This document shows, in pieces, positions 9,475-19,474 of a DNA stretch of 64,000 bases. Made by a program: the position numbers and the translations under genes. This stretch comes from an uncultured Gammaproteobacteria bacterium (GTDB taxonomy: Bacteria; Patescibacteriota; Patescibacteriia; Magasanikbacterales; GWA2-37-8), in the NCBI GenBank assembly GCA_964540825.1, contig CAZINT010000002.1, forward strand, positions 64,477-128,476, written 5' to 3'. Below the pieces are notes generated by a model. It ran no database searches and had not been told where the DNA came from. It was given only the letters and a program-made list of their open reading frames with translations. Numbering within the stretch: position 1 is the first letter of the stretch; each line of letters begins with the position of its first letter.

Positions 9475-11460
9475 ATGAGCGAGAAGGGATTGTTCGAAAT
9501 TTCAGAAAAAAAATCTCGCCGCTTTGATCTTGACGGCAAGTATCGCCTTGCCTGGGTGGAAGATGCGCTTGATTATGAAAAAGAAACAAATGAGCGCCTC
9601 GCAACACCGCACACTCGGTCGTACCTCGGTACGAGCATTCGCAGAAGCAAAATAATTATCTTTTGCTGTATCCTGGGAGTATTTTTTTCATTGATTATTG
9701 GCAAAATATTTTATTTGCAAATTATTCAAGGCGATCATTATCGGGCACTTGCTGAACAAAACCGCATCCGAACACTTCCGGTGCCAGCCGAACGCGGAAT
9801 TATTTACGATCGTTATAACAAGGAGCTCGTTCAGAATATTCCTAGTTTTACTCTCAGCATTATTCCTGCGGATTTGCCGCGTCCAGTAGCAGAGCGAGAA
9901 ACGATTCTTGAGCGCGTGGCTGGCATTAGCTCAATTCCACTTGATGATATTAAAAAAAGCATTGCTAAATTTAACTCCTACAGTTATCAGTCTTTAGTCA
10001 TTAAGGAAAATTTAGACTACCAATCTGCACTTAAGCTTTACATTGAAAATGCTGACCTGCCCGGAATTCTTATTGAAAGCGCCTCGAAGCGAAGTTATCC
10101 GTTTACTGATCAAACCTCTGCGAGCAGCACGCTAAGCCTTTCGCATATTTTAGGTTATTTAAGTAAAATTAACGACAATGAACTTGAAGATCACAAAGGT
10201 GAAGGATATCAGCTTTCTGATTCAATTGGTAAAACGGGTTTAGAGAAAGAGTATGAAACAGCCCTTCGCGGAACTTATGGCACTAAAAAAATAGAGGTAG
10301 ATGCTCGCGGCAAAGAGCGTAACACGCTCGCAATAGATCCGCCCCTTCCGGGTAAAAACCTTATTTTAAGCATCGATCTCGAAGCGCAGCACAAACTTGA
10401 AGAAGCGGTTAAAAATAATCTAGAAAAGGTTAAAAAAACTAAAGCAGCCGCTATTGCCATGAACCCTACGACCGGAGAAATTTTGGCTATGGTGAGCTGG
10501 CCGGCTTTTGACAATAATGACTTTTCTGGCGGTATTTCATTTGCTGATTATGAAAAATATTCTACTAATACCGATTTACCTTTATTTAACCGGAGTATTT
10601 CTGGGACATATCCACCCGGCTCAACCATCAAATTAATCGTTTCAGCTGCTGCGCTTCAGGAAAAAATTATTAGTTTTGATACTGCTTTCAATAGTATCGG
10701 CGGCCTCAACGTTGGCGGACATTACTTTAAAGACTGGAAAGTGGGCGGACACGGGATCACCAATGTTACCAAGGCTATTGCGTGGTCGGTAAATACTTTT
10801 TTCTACTATGTTGGCGGAGGCTATGGAGATTTTGTCGGCATGGGAGCAGATAAATTGCTAAGCTACTACCGGGCATTTCACCTGGATCAAAAAAGTGGAA
10901 TTGATATTCCGGGCGAACGCAGCGGTTTTTTACCCAGCAAAGAATGGAAAATGCAGCAAATTCACGAACCGTGGTATGTAGGCGATACATACAATATTTC
11001 CATTGGACAGGGAGATATTTTGGTAACCCCGCTCCGGGTAGCTTTATGGACAGCAGAAGTTGCGACCGGCGGAAAAATAGTTACACCCCATATTATCTCT
11101 AAAATAATTGATCCGACAACCAAACAAAATTCCGCCCCAACCTTTCCAACCGGTCAGCAAGAAGAAGTTTCGGCAGCCGCCTACGCGACTGTTCGCCAAG
11201 GTATGAGCGACTGTGTCAGCTATGGCAGCTGTAAACTGCTCCAAAACATAGGATTTAGTGCGGGCGGCAAAACAGGTACAGCACAATGGAACAGTAATCG
11301 GCCAACTCATGCCTGGTTTACCTCTTTTGCGCCACTTGCTAATCCGCAAATTGTTGTGACCGTACTGGTTGAAGAAGGCGGAGAAGGCTCAACAGCTGCC
11401 ATGCCAATTGCTGATGACTTTCTCAATTGGTGGGGTAAGAAGTATTTGACACACAACTAA
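9475..11460 (+). CDS. mrdA: penicillin-binding protein 2 (elongasome transpeptidase)
   Basis: N-terminal TM, dimerisation domain, transpeptidase SXXK (GSTIK), SXN (WSVN), KTG (KTGTAQ) motifs. Confidence 0.9.
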   Translation: MSEKGLFEISEKKSRRFDLDGKYRLAWVEDALDYEKETNERLATPHTRSYLGTSIRRSKIIIFCCILGVFFSLIIGKIFYLQIIQGDHYRALAEQNRIRTLPVPAERGIIYDRYNKELVQNIPSFTLSIIPADLPRPVAERETILERVAGISSIPLDDIKKSIAKFNSYSYQSLVIKENLDYQSALKLYIENADLPGILIESASKRSYPFTDQTSASSTLSLSHILGYLSKINDNELEDHKGEGYQLSDSIGKTGLEKEYETALRGTYGTKKIEVDARGKERNTLAIDPPLPGKNLILSIDLEAQHKLEEAVKNNLEKVKKTKAAAIAMNPTTGEILAMVSWPAFDNNDFSGGISFADYEKYSTNTDLPLFNRSISGTYPPGSTIKLIVSAAALQEKIISFDTAFNSIGGLNVGGHYFKDWKVGGHGITNVTKAIAWSVNTFFYYVGGGYGDFVGMGADKLLSYYRAFHLDQKSGIDIPGERSGFLPSKEWKMQQIHEPWYVGDTYNISIGQGDILVTPLRVALWTAEVATGGKIVTPHIISKIIDPTTKQNSAPTFPTGQQEEVSAAAYATVRQGMSDCVSYGSCKLLQNIGFSAGGKTGTAQWNSNRPTHAWFTSFAPLANPQIVVTVLVEEGGEGSTAAMPIADDFLNWWGKKYLTHN

Positions 11461-11473
11461 CCTGTGTTATACT
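11446..11473 (+). promoter_or_regulatory. sigma70-like promoter for greA
   Basis: -35 TTGACA (11446-11451), 16-nt spacer, -10 TATACT (11468-11473). Confidence 0.55.
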
Positions 11474-11518
11474 GGCCTTACGCAAAAATTGTTATTTTAT
11501 TGAGTTAATACAACTTGT

Positions 11519-11980
11519 ATGGACGATTCAATCCACTATCTTTCGCCCGAAAGTTTAGAGGCGCTTAAAAAGGAATATGAAACGATAAAAAATCAGACGA
11601 TTCCAGATATTGCCAAGCGGATTGATGAGGCCAAACAGCAAGGCGACTTGTCTGAAAACGCCGAGTACCACCAGGCCCGTGAAGACATGTCGTGGGCGCA
11701 AGGCAGACTGATTGAAGTAGAGCAGCTTATTAATAATTCTAAAATCATTAAGCACGAAAAGTCCGGATCCGTTGCTGTCGGCAATAAAGTTACGGTTAAA
11801 GTCGGCTCGTCCGAGCGGTCATATACGATCGTCGGTCCACAAGAAGTAAGTCCGGCCAAGGGCCTCATTTCAAATGAATCACCTCTTGGCAGCAGTCTCT
11901 TGGGCCATAAAGTAGGGGACAAGGTAACCATAGAAGTTCCCGCCGGAAAACAAGTCTACCAAATCACTGCAATTGAGTAA
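11519..11980 (+). CDS. greA: transcription elongation factor GreA
   Basis: GreA N-terminal coiled coil with GDLSENAEYHQARE and C-terminal FKBP-like domain. Confidence 0.9.
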   Translation: MDDSIHYLSPESLEALKKEYETIKNQTIPDIAKRIDEAKQQGDLSENAEYHQAREDMSWAQGRLIEVEQLINNSKIIKHEKSGSVAVGNKVTVKVGSSERSYTIVGPQEVSPAKGLISNESPLGSSLLGHKVGDKVTIEVPAGKQVYQITAIE

Positions 11981-12002
11981 CCTTAGCAAAATTTTAGGCT
12001 CA

Positions 12003-12035
12003 AACCACCCTTTCTGCAGCGGGGTGGTTTTTTTG
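12003..12035 (+). terminator. rho-independent terminator after greA
   Basis: AACCACCC-11nt loop-GGGTGGTT followed by TTTTTTT. Confidence 0.8.
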
Positions 12036-12062
12036 ACGAAAACCTCTTCTTTAGGGTATACT
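12033..12062 (+). promoter_or_regulatory. sigma70-like promoter for lysS
   Basis: -35 TTGACG, 18-nt spacer, -10 TATACT. Confidence 0.5.
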
Positions 12063-12079
12063 TACTCTATTATTTTTTA

Positions 12080-13570
12080 ATGTTTTTCTCCTGTATGGAT
12101 GAAACGACACCTGAAAAATCACTTCAAGATGAAACAGAAGTTCGTTTAAACCATTTAGAAAATTGCCTAGCCGCCGGTATTAATCCTTATCCGGCGCTGA
12201 GTTATTTTTCTCATTCTTTGGCCGAAGCAACACAGCTGCCCAGCGACAGTCCTGTTACGGTTGTTGGACGCATGGTTGCAAGGCGTGATATGGGAAAATT
12301 ATGTTTTGCTCACCTCGAAGACGGCAGCGGGCGTTTACAGGTAGCTATTTCTGAAAAGGAACTTGCCAAAGAAAGTTATAAATTTTTTGTTAAAAATTTT
12401 GATATCGGTGATTTTATCCAAGTTGAGGGCACCATGTTTGTCACGCATAAAGGAGAAATTTCGGTGTTAGTTAAAAAATATACACTACTCACTAAATCAC
12501 TGCTGCCGCTCCCTGAAAAATGGCATGGCCTCTCAAACGTTGAAACGCGGTATCGCAAGCGGTATTTAGATCTTTTGGCTAATAAAGAATCAATGCGTAT
12601 TGCCAAAGTTAGAAGTCTTTTAGTTCGTGAAATTCGCAACTATTTTGATGCCAAAGGGTTCTACGAGGTTGAAACTCCTATTTTGCAAACACTCTATGGG
12701 GGCGCAAATGCTCGTCCGTTTGTGACACATCACAACGCGCTTGATCTAAAACTATACTTGCGCATAGCTCCAGAGTTGTACTTAAAACGCCTCATCGTTG
12801 GCGGATTTGAAAAAGTATATGAAATCGCTCGCTGTTTCCGAAATGAAGGCATCGACCAAAATCATAATCCCGAGTTTACGCAGATTGAATTCTACTGGGC
12901 CTACGCTGACTATACCAAAGCAATGGATTTAGTAGAGGATTTACTGCCCAAACTCATTCAATCGATTGGCTTGCCCCTCCAGTTTGCCGTAGGGGGTCAG
13001 GAAGTAAATTTTACCGCCCCTTTCCCGCGCCGCACTATGCGCGATCTTATCCAGGAATATGCCAAAATGGATATCGAGGAGTTCCCTGATCAGGCATCAA
13101 TCTTCGAAAAGGCAAAGACACTTGGGGTAGAAGTTGAAGGGTATGACGGACGCGGAAAAATTATTGATGAAATTTACAAGAAATTCGCCCGGCCTAATAT
13201 CATAAACCCGATTTTTGTCATTGATCACCCCGTTGAGCTTTCACCGCTCGCAAAACGTAAAATCAGTGACCCGCGCTACGTTGAGCGGTTTCAACTTCTG
13301 TGCGTTGGCGGAAACGAGCTTTGTAACGCTTTTTCGGAATTAAATGACCCGCTCGATCAAGAGGCTCGTTTTAAGGAACAAGAAAGTCTGCGTGAAGGAG
13401 GGGATGAAGAGGGAATGCAGCATGACGAAGATTTTGTCACCGCACTTAAGCACGGCATGCCGCCGGCCACCGGTCTTGGCATGGGAATCGACCGTCTCGT
13501 CAAACTTCTCGTTGACGCCGAAAACCTTAAAGAAGTAATTTTGTTTCCAACGCTTCGCCCTGAAAAATAG
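12080..13570 (+). CDS. lysS: lysyl-tRNA synthetase, class II
   Basis: OB-fold anticodon-binding N-domain; class II motifs including ARCFRNEG and GLGMGIDRL. Confidence 0.95.
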   Translation: MFFSCMDETTPEKSLQDETEVRLNHLENCLAAGINPYPALSYFSHSLAEATQLPSDSPVTVVGRMVARRDMGKLCFAHLEDGSGRLQVAISEKELAKESYKFFVKNFDIGDFIQVEGTMFVTHKGEISVLVKKYTLLTKSLLPLPEKWHGLSNVETRYRKRYLDLLANKESMRIAKVRSLLVREIRNYFDAKGFYEVETPILQTLYGGANARPFVTHHNALDLKLYLRIAPELYLKRLIVGGFEKVYEIARCFRNEGIDQNHNPEFTQIEFYWAYADYTKAMDLVEDLLPKLIQSIGLPLQFAVGGQEVNFTAPFPRRTMRDLIQEYAKMDIEEFPDQASIFEKAKTLGVEVEGYDGRGKIIDEIYKKFARPNIINPIFVIDHPVELSPLAKRKISDPRYVERFQLLCVGGNELCNAFSELNDPLDQEARFKEQESLREGGDEEGMQHDEDFVTALKHGMPPATGLGMGIDRLVKLLVDAENLKEVILFPTLRPEK

Positions 13571-13597
13571 TTTGTCATTAACCCTAACTTCTGGCTT

Positions 13598-14029
13598 ATG
13601 AAAAAGGTAATTGCGTTTGGTACATTTGATGTCGTCCATCCGGGCCACGTACACATGCTTACCGAAGCCAAAAGTTATGGTGATTACTTGGTAGTGGTCA
13701 TTGCGCGCGATGCAACGGTAGCCGAAGTTAAAAAACATTCAACACTCCATTCAGAAACAACCCGGCTTAAACATATTGAGGCTTTAGGCATAGCCGACAA
13801 AGTCAGACTTGGCAATCTGGGTGATAAGTTCAAAGTAATCGCCGAGGAAGAGCCTGACATTGTTGCGCTCGGATATGACCAAAAGGTACCGATTGATAAA
13901 CTTTCAGCAGCCATAGACGATCATGTAAAAATTGTCCGTCTTTCGCCGTTTAAACCTGAAATTTACAAAAGTTCAAAATTAAAAAAATATGAAGATTCTT
14001 ATCGCGACGACCAATCCGGGAAAATTTAA
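13598..14029 (+). CDS. cytidylyltransferase-family nucleotidyltransferase (TagD / RibL-like)
   Basis: MKKVIAFGTFDVVHPGHVHMLTEAKSYGDYLVVVIARD closely resembles glycerol-3-phosphate cytidylyltransferase N-terminus (GTFDxxHxGH). Confidence 0.7.
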   Translation: MKKVIAFGTFDVVHPGHVHMLTEAKSYGDYLVVVIARDATVAEVKKHSTLHSETTRLKHIEALGIADKVRLGNLGDKFKVIAEEEPDIVALGYDQKVPIDKLSAAIDDHVKIVRLSPFKPEIYKSSKLKKYEDSYRDDQSGKI

Positions 14030-15014
14030 AGAAGCAATTTCCTTGTTTGCTGATTTGGACTACACATTCGTCAACCTTAAGGATCTTCACCTTGATGCAG
14101 ACGAACCTGACGAACCCTATGATACTACTTTTGAAAACGCGGTTCATAAAGCTCGTTATTACGGCAATAAATCTAAACTTCTGACTATTGCCGAAGATAC
14201 TGCTTTTCATGTAGATTTTTTACAAGGCGAACCTGGAGCTCGGGCAAAACGTTTTGGCAAAACCTCCGAAGAGCGTAATGCTAAAGTGCTCACGTCCCTG
14301 CGCGGGGTACCTAAAGCGCGGAGGGGAGCACATTTTCAAACTTCTGCCTGCCTTTACGACCCGTCAACACAGGCAGTAACGGTATTTAACGGGAAAGTTA
14401 ACGGCATTATTACGGACCAACCGCTCGGGGCAGTCCAAAAAGGGTTGGGGTATGATGTTATTTTTTACTACCCACCGCTTAAAAAAACTTTTGCGGAACT
14501 AACGCTTGAAGAAAAGAACACCGTTAGCCATCGGGGCCAAACCATGGCGCAGGTCAAACTTTTTTTAATGCGCTATTTTGCTTTTAAACAAATTATTGTC
14601 CCTTTGGGCATTATTGTAAAAGATCGCAAATTTTTCCTCAGCAAACGCCGCGACACCAGGCCTGAGTTCAACAATAAATGGGAATTTCCCGGCGGAGGAG
14701 TAGATAATGGCGAGGGAATAGTGGACGCATTGAAGCGCGAGCTTAAAGAAGAAACTGGTTTTAGTGTAACTGTTCTTGAACAATTGCCTAAAATATTGAC
14801 TGCAAGCGATAAAAAAGGTAGTTTTCCGTATCAGGTTTTTTTAATAGTGCACGTTTGTTCGATTGTATCCGGCAAACTTAGGACCGCTCCCGCAGAGTCG
14901 TCCGGCAGCGGATGGTTTACCTTAAAAGATATCAAAAAATTAGATTTGATGCCCTTGAATACAAAATGTTTTCAAGGTAAAAATCTAGCAATTCTTAAAA
15001 AATATATTGACTAA
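13989..15014 (+). CDS. RdgB/HAM1 non-canonical purine NTP pyrophosphatase fused to a C-terminal NUDIX hydrolase domain
   Basis: N-terminal ILIATTNPGKFKEA ... TVSHRGQ (Ham1 fold); C-terminal Nudix box GGGVDNGEGIVDALKRELKEETG. Confidence 0.85.
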   Translation: MKILIATTNPGKFKEAISLFADLDYTFVNLKDLHLDADEPDEPYDTTFENAVHKARYYGNKSKLLTIAEDTAFHVDFLQGEPGARAKRFGKTSEERNAKVLTSLRGVPKARRGAHFQTSACLYDPSTQAVTVFNGKVNGIITDQPLGAVQKGLGYDVIFYYPPLKKTFAELTLEEKNTVSHRGQTMAQVKLFLMRYFAFKQIIVPLGIIVKDRKFFLSKRRDTRPEFNNKWEFPGGGVDNGEGIVDALKRELKEETGFSVTVLEQLPKILTASDKKGSFPYQVFLIVHVCSIVSGKLRTAPAESSGSGWFTLKDIKKLDLMPLNTKCFQGKNLAILKKYID

Positions 15015-16254
15015 TATGCTCGATATTAAGTTTATCCGTGAAAATAAAGAACTGGTTGAAAAAAATAATGCCTCACGCAATGTAACTGTTGACCTAACAG
15101 CTTTGCTGGAACTTGATCAAGAGCGGGTGCGTTTGCAGCAGGAAGTCGACAAACTGCGCGGTGAACGCAACAAGCGTTCCAAGTCAAAGCCAACAGACGA
15201 AGAAATTAAGCTTATGCGCAAGCTGGGGGAAGAAGTTTCAGGTCTTGAAGATCTGGTGCAGAGCAAAGAAGCGGCAATGGTTAAACTGCTGGCGAGAATT
15301 CCCAATATTAACCATGAGTCGACCCCGCTTGGACCCGATGAAAGCGGTAATAGCATAGTGAACACAATTGGTGTTCAACCTGAATTTAGCTTTGCTCCAC
15401 AAGAACATTTCGCTGTAGGACATATCAAAGATCTTATCGACCTTGAACGCGGAGCAAAAGTTTCTGGCTCACGCTTTTTTTACCTTAAGGGGAAACTGGC
15501 CATTTTAGAACGTGCCCTCATGCAATTTGCCATTGATACCCTCGTAAGCAAAGGTTTCGAGTTAGTGCTGCCTCCGCTTTTAGTCGAAGAAGGAGCAATG
15601 TACGGAACCGGCTTTTTCCCCGCTGATAAAAACGAAATTTATTCTGTTAACCCTGAAGACGATGACCTTTATTTAGTGGGGACATCTGAAGTGCCGCTTA
15701 TTTATATGCATAGCGGTGAAGTATTTGAAGAAGCTCAGTTGCCGAAAAAGTACATCGGTATTACACCGTGTTTCCGTCGCGAAGCAGGGAGCTACGGTAA
15801 AGATACCAAAGGAATTTTCCGTGTTCACCAATTCTACAAAGTAGAAATGGTAGTCTTTGCTAAACCTGAGGATTCCTGGAATATACATGAAGAAATTCTG
15901 GCCCATGAAGAAGCTCTTTTACAAGTACTTGGCTTACCGTATCAGGTAGTCAATATTTGTTCTGGTGATCTCGGCTTTCCAGCAGCTAAAAAATACGATT
16001 GTGAAGGGTGGTTCCCGGGGCAGGGGCGGTACCGCGAGCTTACGTCCACGAGCAATACTACTGATTACCAGGCTCGTCGCAGCAATGTTAAATATAAGAC
16101 AGGGGAGGGGAATCGTGAATTTTTACACACACTCAATGGCACTGCGGTAACAGATCGAGCGCTCTTAGCCATTATCGAAAATTTCCAGCAAGCTGATGGC
16201 AGCGTCGTTGTGCCCGAGGTGCTTCGTAAATACACAGGCTTTGATACTATTTAG
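15007..16254 (+). CDS. serS: seryl-tRNA synthetase
   Basis: N-terminal coiled-coil arm; class II motifs GTSEVPL, FRREAGS, GWFPGQG. Confidence 0.95.
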   Translation: MTNMLDIKFIRENKELVEKNNASRNVTVDLTALLELDQERVRLQQEVDKLRGERNKRSKSKPTDEEIKLMRKLGEEVSGLEDLVQSKEAAMVKLLARIPNINHESTPLGPDESGNSIVNTIGVQPEFSFAPQEHFAVGHIKDLIDLERGAKVSGSRFFYLKGKLAILERALMQFAIDTLVSKGFELVLPPLLVEEGAMYGTGFFPADKNEIYSVNPEDDDLYLVGTSEVPLIYMHSGEVFEEAQLPKKYIGITPCFRREAGSYGKDTKGIFRVHQFYKVEMVVFAKPEDSWNIHEEILAHEEALLQVLGLPYQVVNICSGDLGFPAAKKYDCEGWFPGQGRYRELTSTSNTTDYQARRSNVKYKTGEGNREFLHTLNGTAVTDRALLAIIENFQQADGSVVVPEVLRKYTGFDTI

Positions 16255-16255
16255 T

Positions 16256-16696
16256 ATGGATAACGTCTTTACACGCACCACAAAATCACTCATTAAAGAG
16301 TTTAAAGAATTTGCCATTAAAGGCAACGTCATAGATTTGGCTGTTGGTATTCTCATCGGCGGCGCTTTTGGAAAAATCGTGTCTTCATTGGTAGCCGATA
16401 TCATTACACCACTCCTTGGGCTCGCGCTCACAACTATTGATTTTAAAAACCTTGTTGTGATACTCAAGCCGGCAATGAACGGAAATCCGCCCCTGACACT
16501 CAACTACGGACTCTTTATTCAAAATCTAATAGATTTTGTTATCGTTTCTCTAGCTATTTTTGCAGTCGTCAAAGCAATTAATTCCTTCCGCAAAAAGAAA
16601 GAAGCGGCACCAGAGCCGCCCACCCCGCCCAAGCAAGAGCAATTACTTGCTGAAATTCGCGATATCCTTAAAGATACTAAAAAAATCCCGAGATAA
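16256..16696 (+). CDS. mscL: large-conductance mechanosensitive channel MscL
   Basis: FKEFAIKGNVIDLAVGILIGGAFGKIV signature; ATG at 16256 preferred over the longer ORF that overlaps serS. Confidence 0.9.
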   Translation: MDNVFTRTTKSLIKEFKEFAIKGNVIDLAVGILIGGAFGKIVSSLVADIITPLLGLALTTIDFKNLVVILKPAMNGNPPLTLNYGLFIQNLIDFVIVSLAIFAVVKAINSFRKKKEAAPEPPTPPKQEQLLAEIRDILKDTKKIPR

Positions 16697-16710
16697 CCGG
16701 GATTTTTTAT
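16685..16710 (+). terminator. rho-independent terminator after mscL
   Basis: ATCCCG-agataa-CGGGAT followed by TTTTTTATTTT. Confidence 0.8.
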
Positions 16711-16789
16711 TTTACACAAAAGGTATCCACAGTTTAAAAAAAGGTGAAAAAGGAGTATACTATACCCAGTAGCTCAGTACCGTTTTTGT

Positions 16790-17908
16790 ATGCTTACATG
16801 GGTTGAAATTGATCGACACGCCTTAACGCACAACATTGCTGCATTCAGGCGTTTTATTGGACCAAAAACACTTTTCATGCCGGTAATAAAGGCCAATGCT
16901 TACGGGCACGGCTTTTTAGAAATCGCATCAATTTTGGCAAAAAGTAAAGCCGTCGATCGATTGTGCGTGGCAAGTCTTACTGAAGCGCTCACACTTATCA
17001 GCGCAAAAATTCTCCAAAAGCAAATTATCATTCTTAGCTTTTACGATTTAGATGAAGCTGCCCTCGCGATCGCTGTCCGTAATAATGTAGTATTCGCAGT
17101 CTATAGCAGCGAACAAGCTGATTTTTTAAACACACTTGCTTTGCGCCTTAACAAAAAAGTAAACGTGCATGTAAAAATTGACACCGGCACATCCCGAGTA
17201 GGGGTTTTGCCGCAGGAGGCGTTGTCCTTTGTTAAAAAATTGCAAAAATATTCTTCGCTTACGCTCGAAGGCGTCTGGACGCACTTCGCGGCTAGTGAAA
17301 GTAATGCGAAATTTACCAAACAGCAATTGCAATCTTTTAACGAAGTGCAACAAACACTTCAACCCCTCCTTCCAAGAACTACACTTTGGCACACCAGCTG
17401 CACAGCGGCAACACTCTTACACCCCAATGCCAAAAAAACCGCGGTACGTGTCGGCATAGGACTGTACGGATTATATCCCAGCAGTTCAACCAAACGTCTT
17501 GTAGAATTGCGTCCGGTTTTAAGCTGGTATACACGGCTTATTCAGGTAAAAAAAGTCGCTGCCGGCACACCCATTGGCTACGACTCCACGTACCGGACTC
17601 AACGTCCGACTACTCTGGGAATAATCCCGGTTGGCTATTACGATGGGTTTGATCGACGTTTTTCTAATAGAGGCTTTGTGCTTATCCAGGGAAAAAGATG
17701 TCGCATCCTGGGGCGGATTTGCATGAACCTGAGCATGATCGATCTTACCGATCTTCCCCAAAAACCAAAAGCAGGGGATAGAGTAACGCTTATTGGCAAG
17801 GAAAAGCGCGGCAGTATTACCGCCGATGATGTAGCTCAGCTAGCCGGAACCATTCATTACGAAATTGTCGATCGCATCAATCCACAATTGCCGAGAATAG
17901 TAATTTAA
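16790..17908 (+). CDS. alr: alanine racemase
   Basis: PLP-binding motif VIKANAYGHG near the N-terminus; alanine racemase length and C-terminal beta domain. Confidence 0.9.
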   Translation: MLTWVEIDRHALTHNIAAFRRFIGPKTLFMPVIKANAYGHGFLEIASILAKSKAVDRLCVASLTEALTLISAKILQKQIIILSFYDLDEAALAIAVRNNVVFAVYSSEQADFLNTLALRLNKKVNVHVKIDTGTSRVGVLPQEALSFVKKLQKYSSLTLEGVWTHFAASESNAKFTKQQLQSFNEVQQTLQPLLPRTTLWHTSCTAATLLHPNAKKTAVRVGIGLYGLYPSSSTKRLVELRPVLSWYTRLIQVKKVAAGTPIGYDSTYRTQRPTTLGIIPVGYYDGFDRRFSNRGFVLIQGKRCRILGRICMNLSMIDLTDLPQKPKAGDRVTLIGKEKRGSITADDVAQLAGTIHYEIVDRINPQLPRIVI

Positions 17909-17910
17909 GT

Positions 17911-18978
17911 ATGCAACGATTTGGACGACCAGAAACACGCTACAAAGCTCCTAAGAAGGGCCTGTTTTCTCGTGCCAAAAAGACCCCTGTCTATCGCTCT
18001 CGCCGCCATATTCGGCATGCCGCTGAACCCTTGGTATTTAACAATAAAGCACGCTTCAAGACCTATGGTGCCCCGGTAAAAATGACTGTTATCTGGAAAC
18101 GTTTCAAGCAATGCTTAGTACCCGTTCTTTTTTTGACCTGGTTTAGTTTACTTGTCTATCTGCCGTATTTTAAAGTAACCAACGTTGTTTTTTACGGCCT
18201 GCAGCTTATCAAGAAAGATGACGTTAACAGCTATGTTCAAAGTACAATTTTTAAAAATCGTGCTCTTTTGCCGGGAAATAACTATTTTTTCTTAAACCCC
18301 CGCAAAATAGAAGCTGAACTAGAAAAGAAATTTTCTGTAAGCTCCGTAACAGTTACCAAAGTGTTTCCTAACGAGATTCATATTGAACTAACAGAAAAAG
18401 TATCAACGATGATTTACGAAAACAATAAACAATATTTTTTACTTGATCAATCCGGCAACATTATTAAGTTCTTAGGCCAGGAGACACCGTCCGGATTTAG
18501 CACTTCCACCGAAAACAATCCGCTGGAGCAGCACAGCGCCATTGGCGTTGCTATGACCCCATCTAGCACATCGACTGTTCTTGACGCTTCTTCCACACTG
18601 CCAGTAGCTCCAGCACCCATTAAACCGCCCAACTTTCTAAAAATACGCAATCTTTTTGGCAACCTGCCCGTACTTCTTGATACAAGTTTTGTATCTTCTA
18701 CTGCGGGCGAGACAAATATTGTTCCAGCCGGCAGCATTGAGGGGGCGCTTGCTTTCGAGGAAATGATTGAAAAACGAGGCGTAGCCACAGTTCAATATTT
18801 TGAGCTTCAAGATCCTGGGGCGGGCATGGCGATACACACTACCCAGCCTTGGATAATCTATTTTCAGCCAAAGAACGATCTTGAAAGCCAATTTTCGAAC
18901 CTTAAAATGATACTGCAATCCAACCGTCCTACCCAATATATTGATCTAAGGTACGGCGAAAGAGTTTATTGGAAGTAA
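17911..18978 (+). CDS. ftsQ: cell division protein FtsQ/DivIB-like (POTRA domain)
   Basis: basic cytoplasmic N-terminus, single TM (LVPVLFLTWFSLLVYLPYF), POTRA-like segment VVFYGLQLIKKDDV ... EIHIELTEKV. Confidence 0.65.
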   Translation: MQRFGRPETRYKAPKKGLFSRAKKTPVYRSRRHIRHAAEPLVFNNKARFKTYGAPVKMTVIWKRFKQCLVPVLFLTWFSLLVYLPYFKVTNVVFYGLQLIKKDDVNSYVQSTIFKNRALLPGNNYFFLNPRKIEAELEKKFSVSSVTVTKVFPNEIHIELTEKVSTMIYENNKQYFLLDQSGNIIKFLGQETPSGFSTSTENNPLEQHSAIGVAMTPSSTSTVLDASSTLPVAPAPIKPPNFLKIRNLFGNLPVLLDTSFVSSTAGETNIVPAGSIEGALAFEEMIEKRGVATVQYFELQDPGAGMAIHTTQPWIIYFQPKNDLESQFSNLKMILQSNRPTQYIDLRYGERVYWK

Positions 18979-19250
18979 TTTTAGCTAATGTTAGCCAAAA
19001 ATTGACCCTTATGGGGTCTTTTTTGGTATTAAAGCCCTTATTTTTAGCCAAAATAGGGGATATAAGGTTAAAAAACAATGTCCAAAGTATTAAAACCGGA
19101 TAAATACTACAAATAAATATTTGGGAGCAGCATATAAAAGAATACACATAAGTAACAATTTATTCGACTAAAGCAAAAAGCTGACACCCGGCGCCGCATG
19201 CATCCAGGCGACGGTAGGGCCAGAAGGGAAGTGCTGTATTTTATAGGTTT

Positions 19251-19328
19251 AGGGGCATACTCTACGTCGTATAACATAGATTAAGCGACGTATTATAGAC
19301 CTTTTATTGGTAATAAAGACATGCCCCT
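19251..19328 (+). other. 78-nt element closed by a 8-9 bp long-range inverted repeat (AGGGGCAT ... ATGCCCCT) with two internal hairpins; function unknown
   Basis: outer arms 19251-19258 / 19321-19328; internal CGTCG...CGACG and CTTTTATT...AATAAAG stems give a three-way-junction-like layout; sits upstream of the promoter of the GC-rich lipoprotein gene. Confidence 0.3.
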
Positions 19329-19386
19329 GCTCTACAGGCAAGCTGGGTCTTCTGATGTGCTCAAAAAAGAAACATTGCTTTTAGCA

Positions 19387-19466
19387 TTGACAAAATCTGT
19401 ATTTAGTGTAAACCTATCTTTTGGACAAGTTTTGCCCAGCGTTTCAAACACTGTCTGATCAAGGAG
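19387..19466 (+). promoter_or_regulatory. promoter-like sequence and Shine-Dalgarno for the GC-rich lipoprotein gene
   Basis: -35 TTGACA at 19387-19392 (weak -10 around TAAACC), SD AAGGAG at 19461-19466 8 nt before ATG 19475. Confidence 0.4.
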
Positions 19467-19474
19467 CTATAATC

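Noticed and set aside
16519-16772. ORFs 16519-16719 (minus) and 16560-16772 (plus) spanning the mscL terminator
   Set aside because: They read through a canonical rho-independent terminator and have no start signals or motifs.
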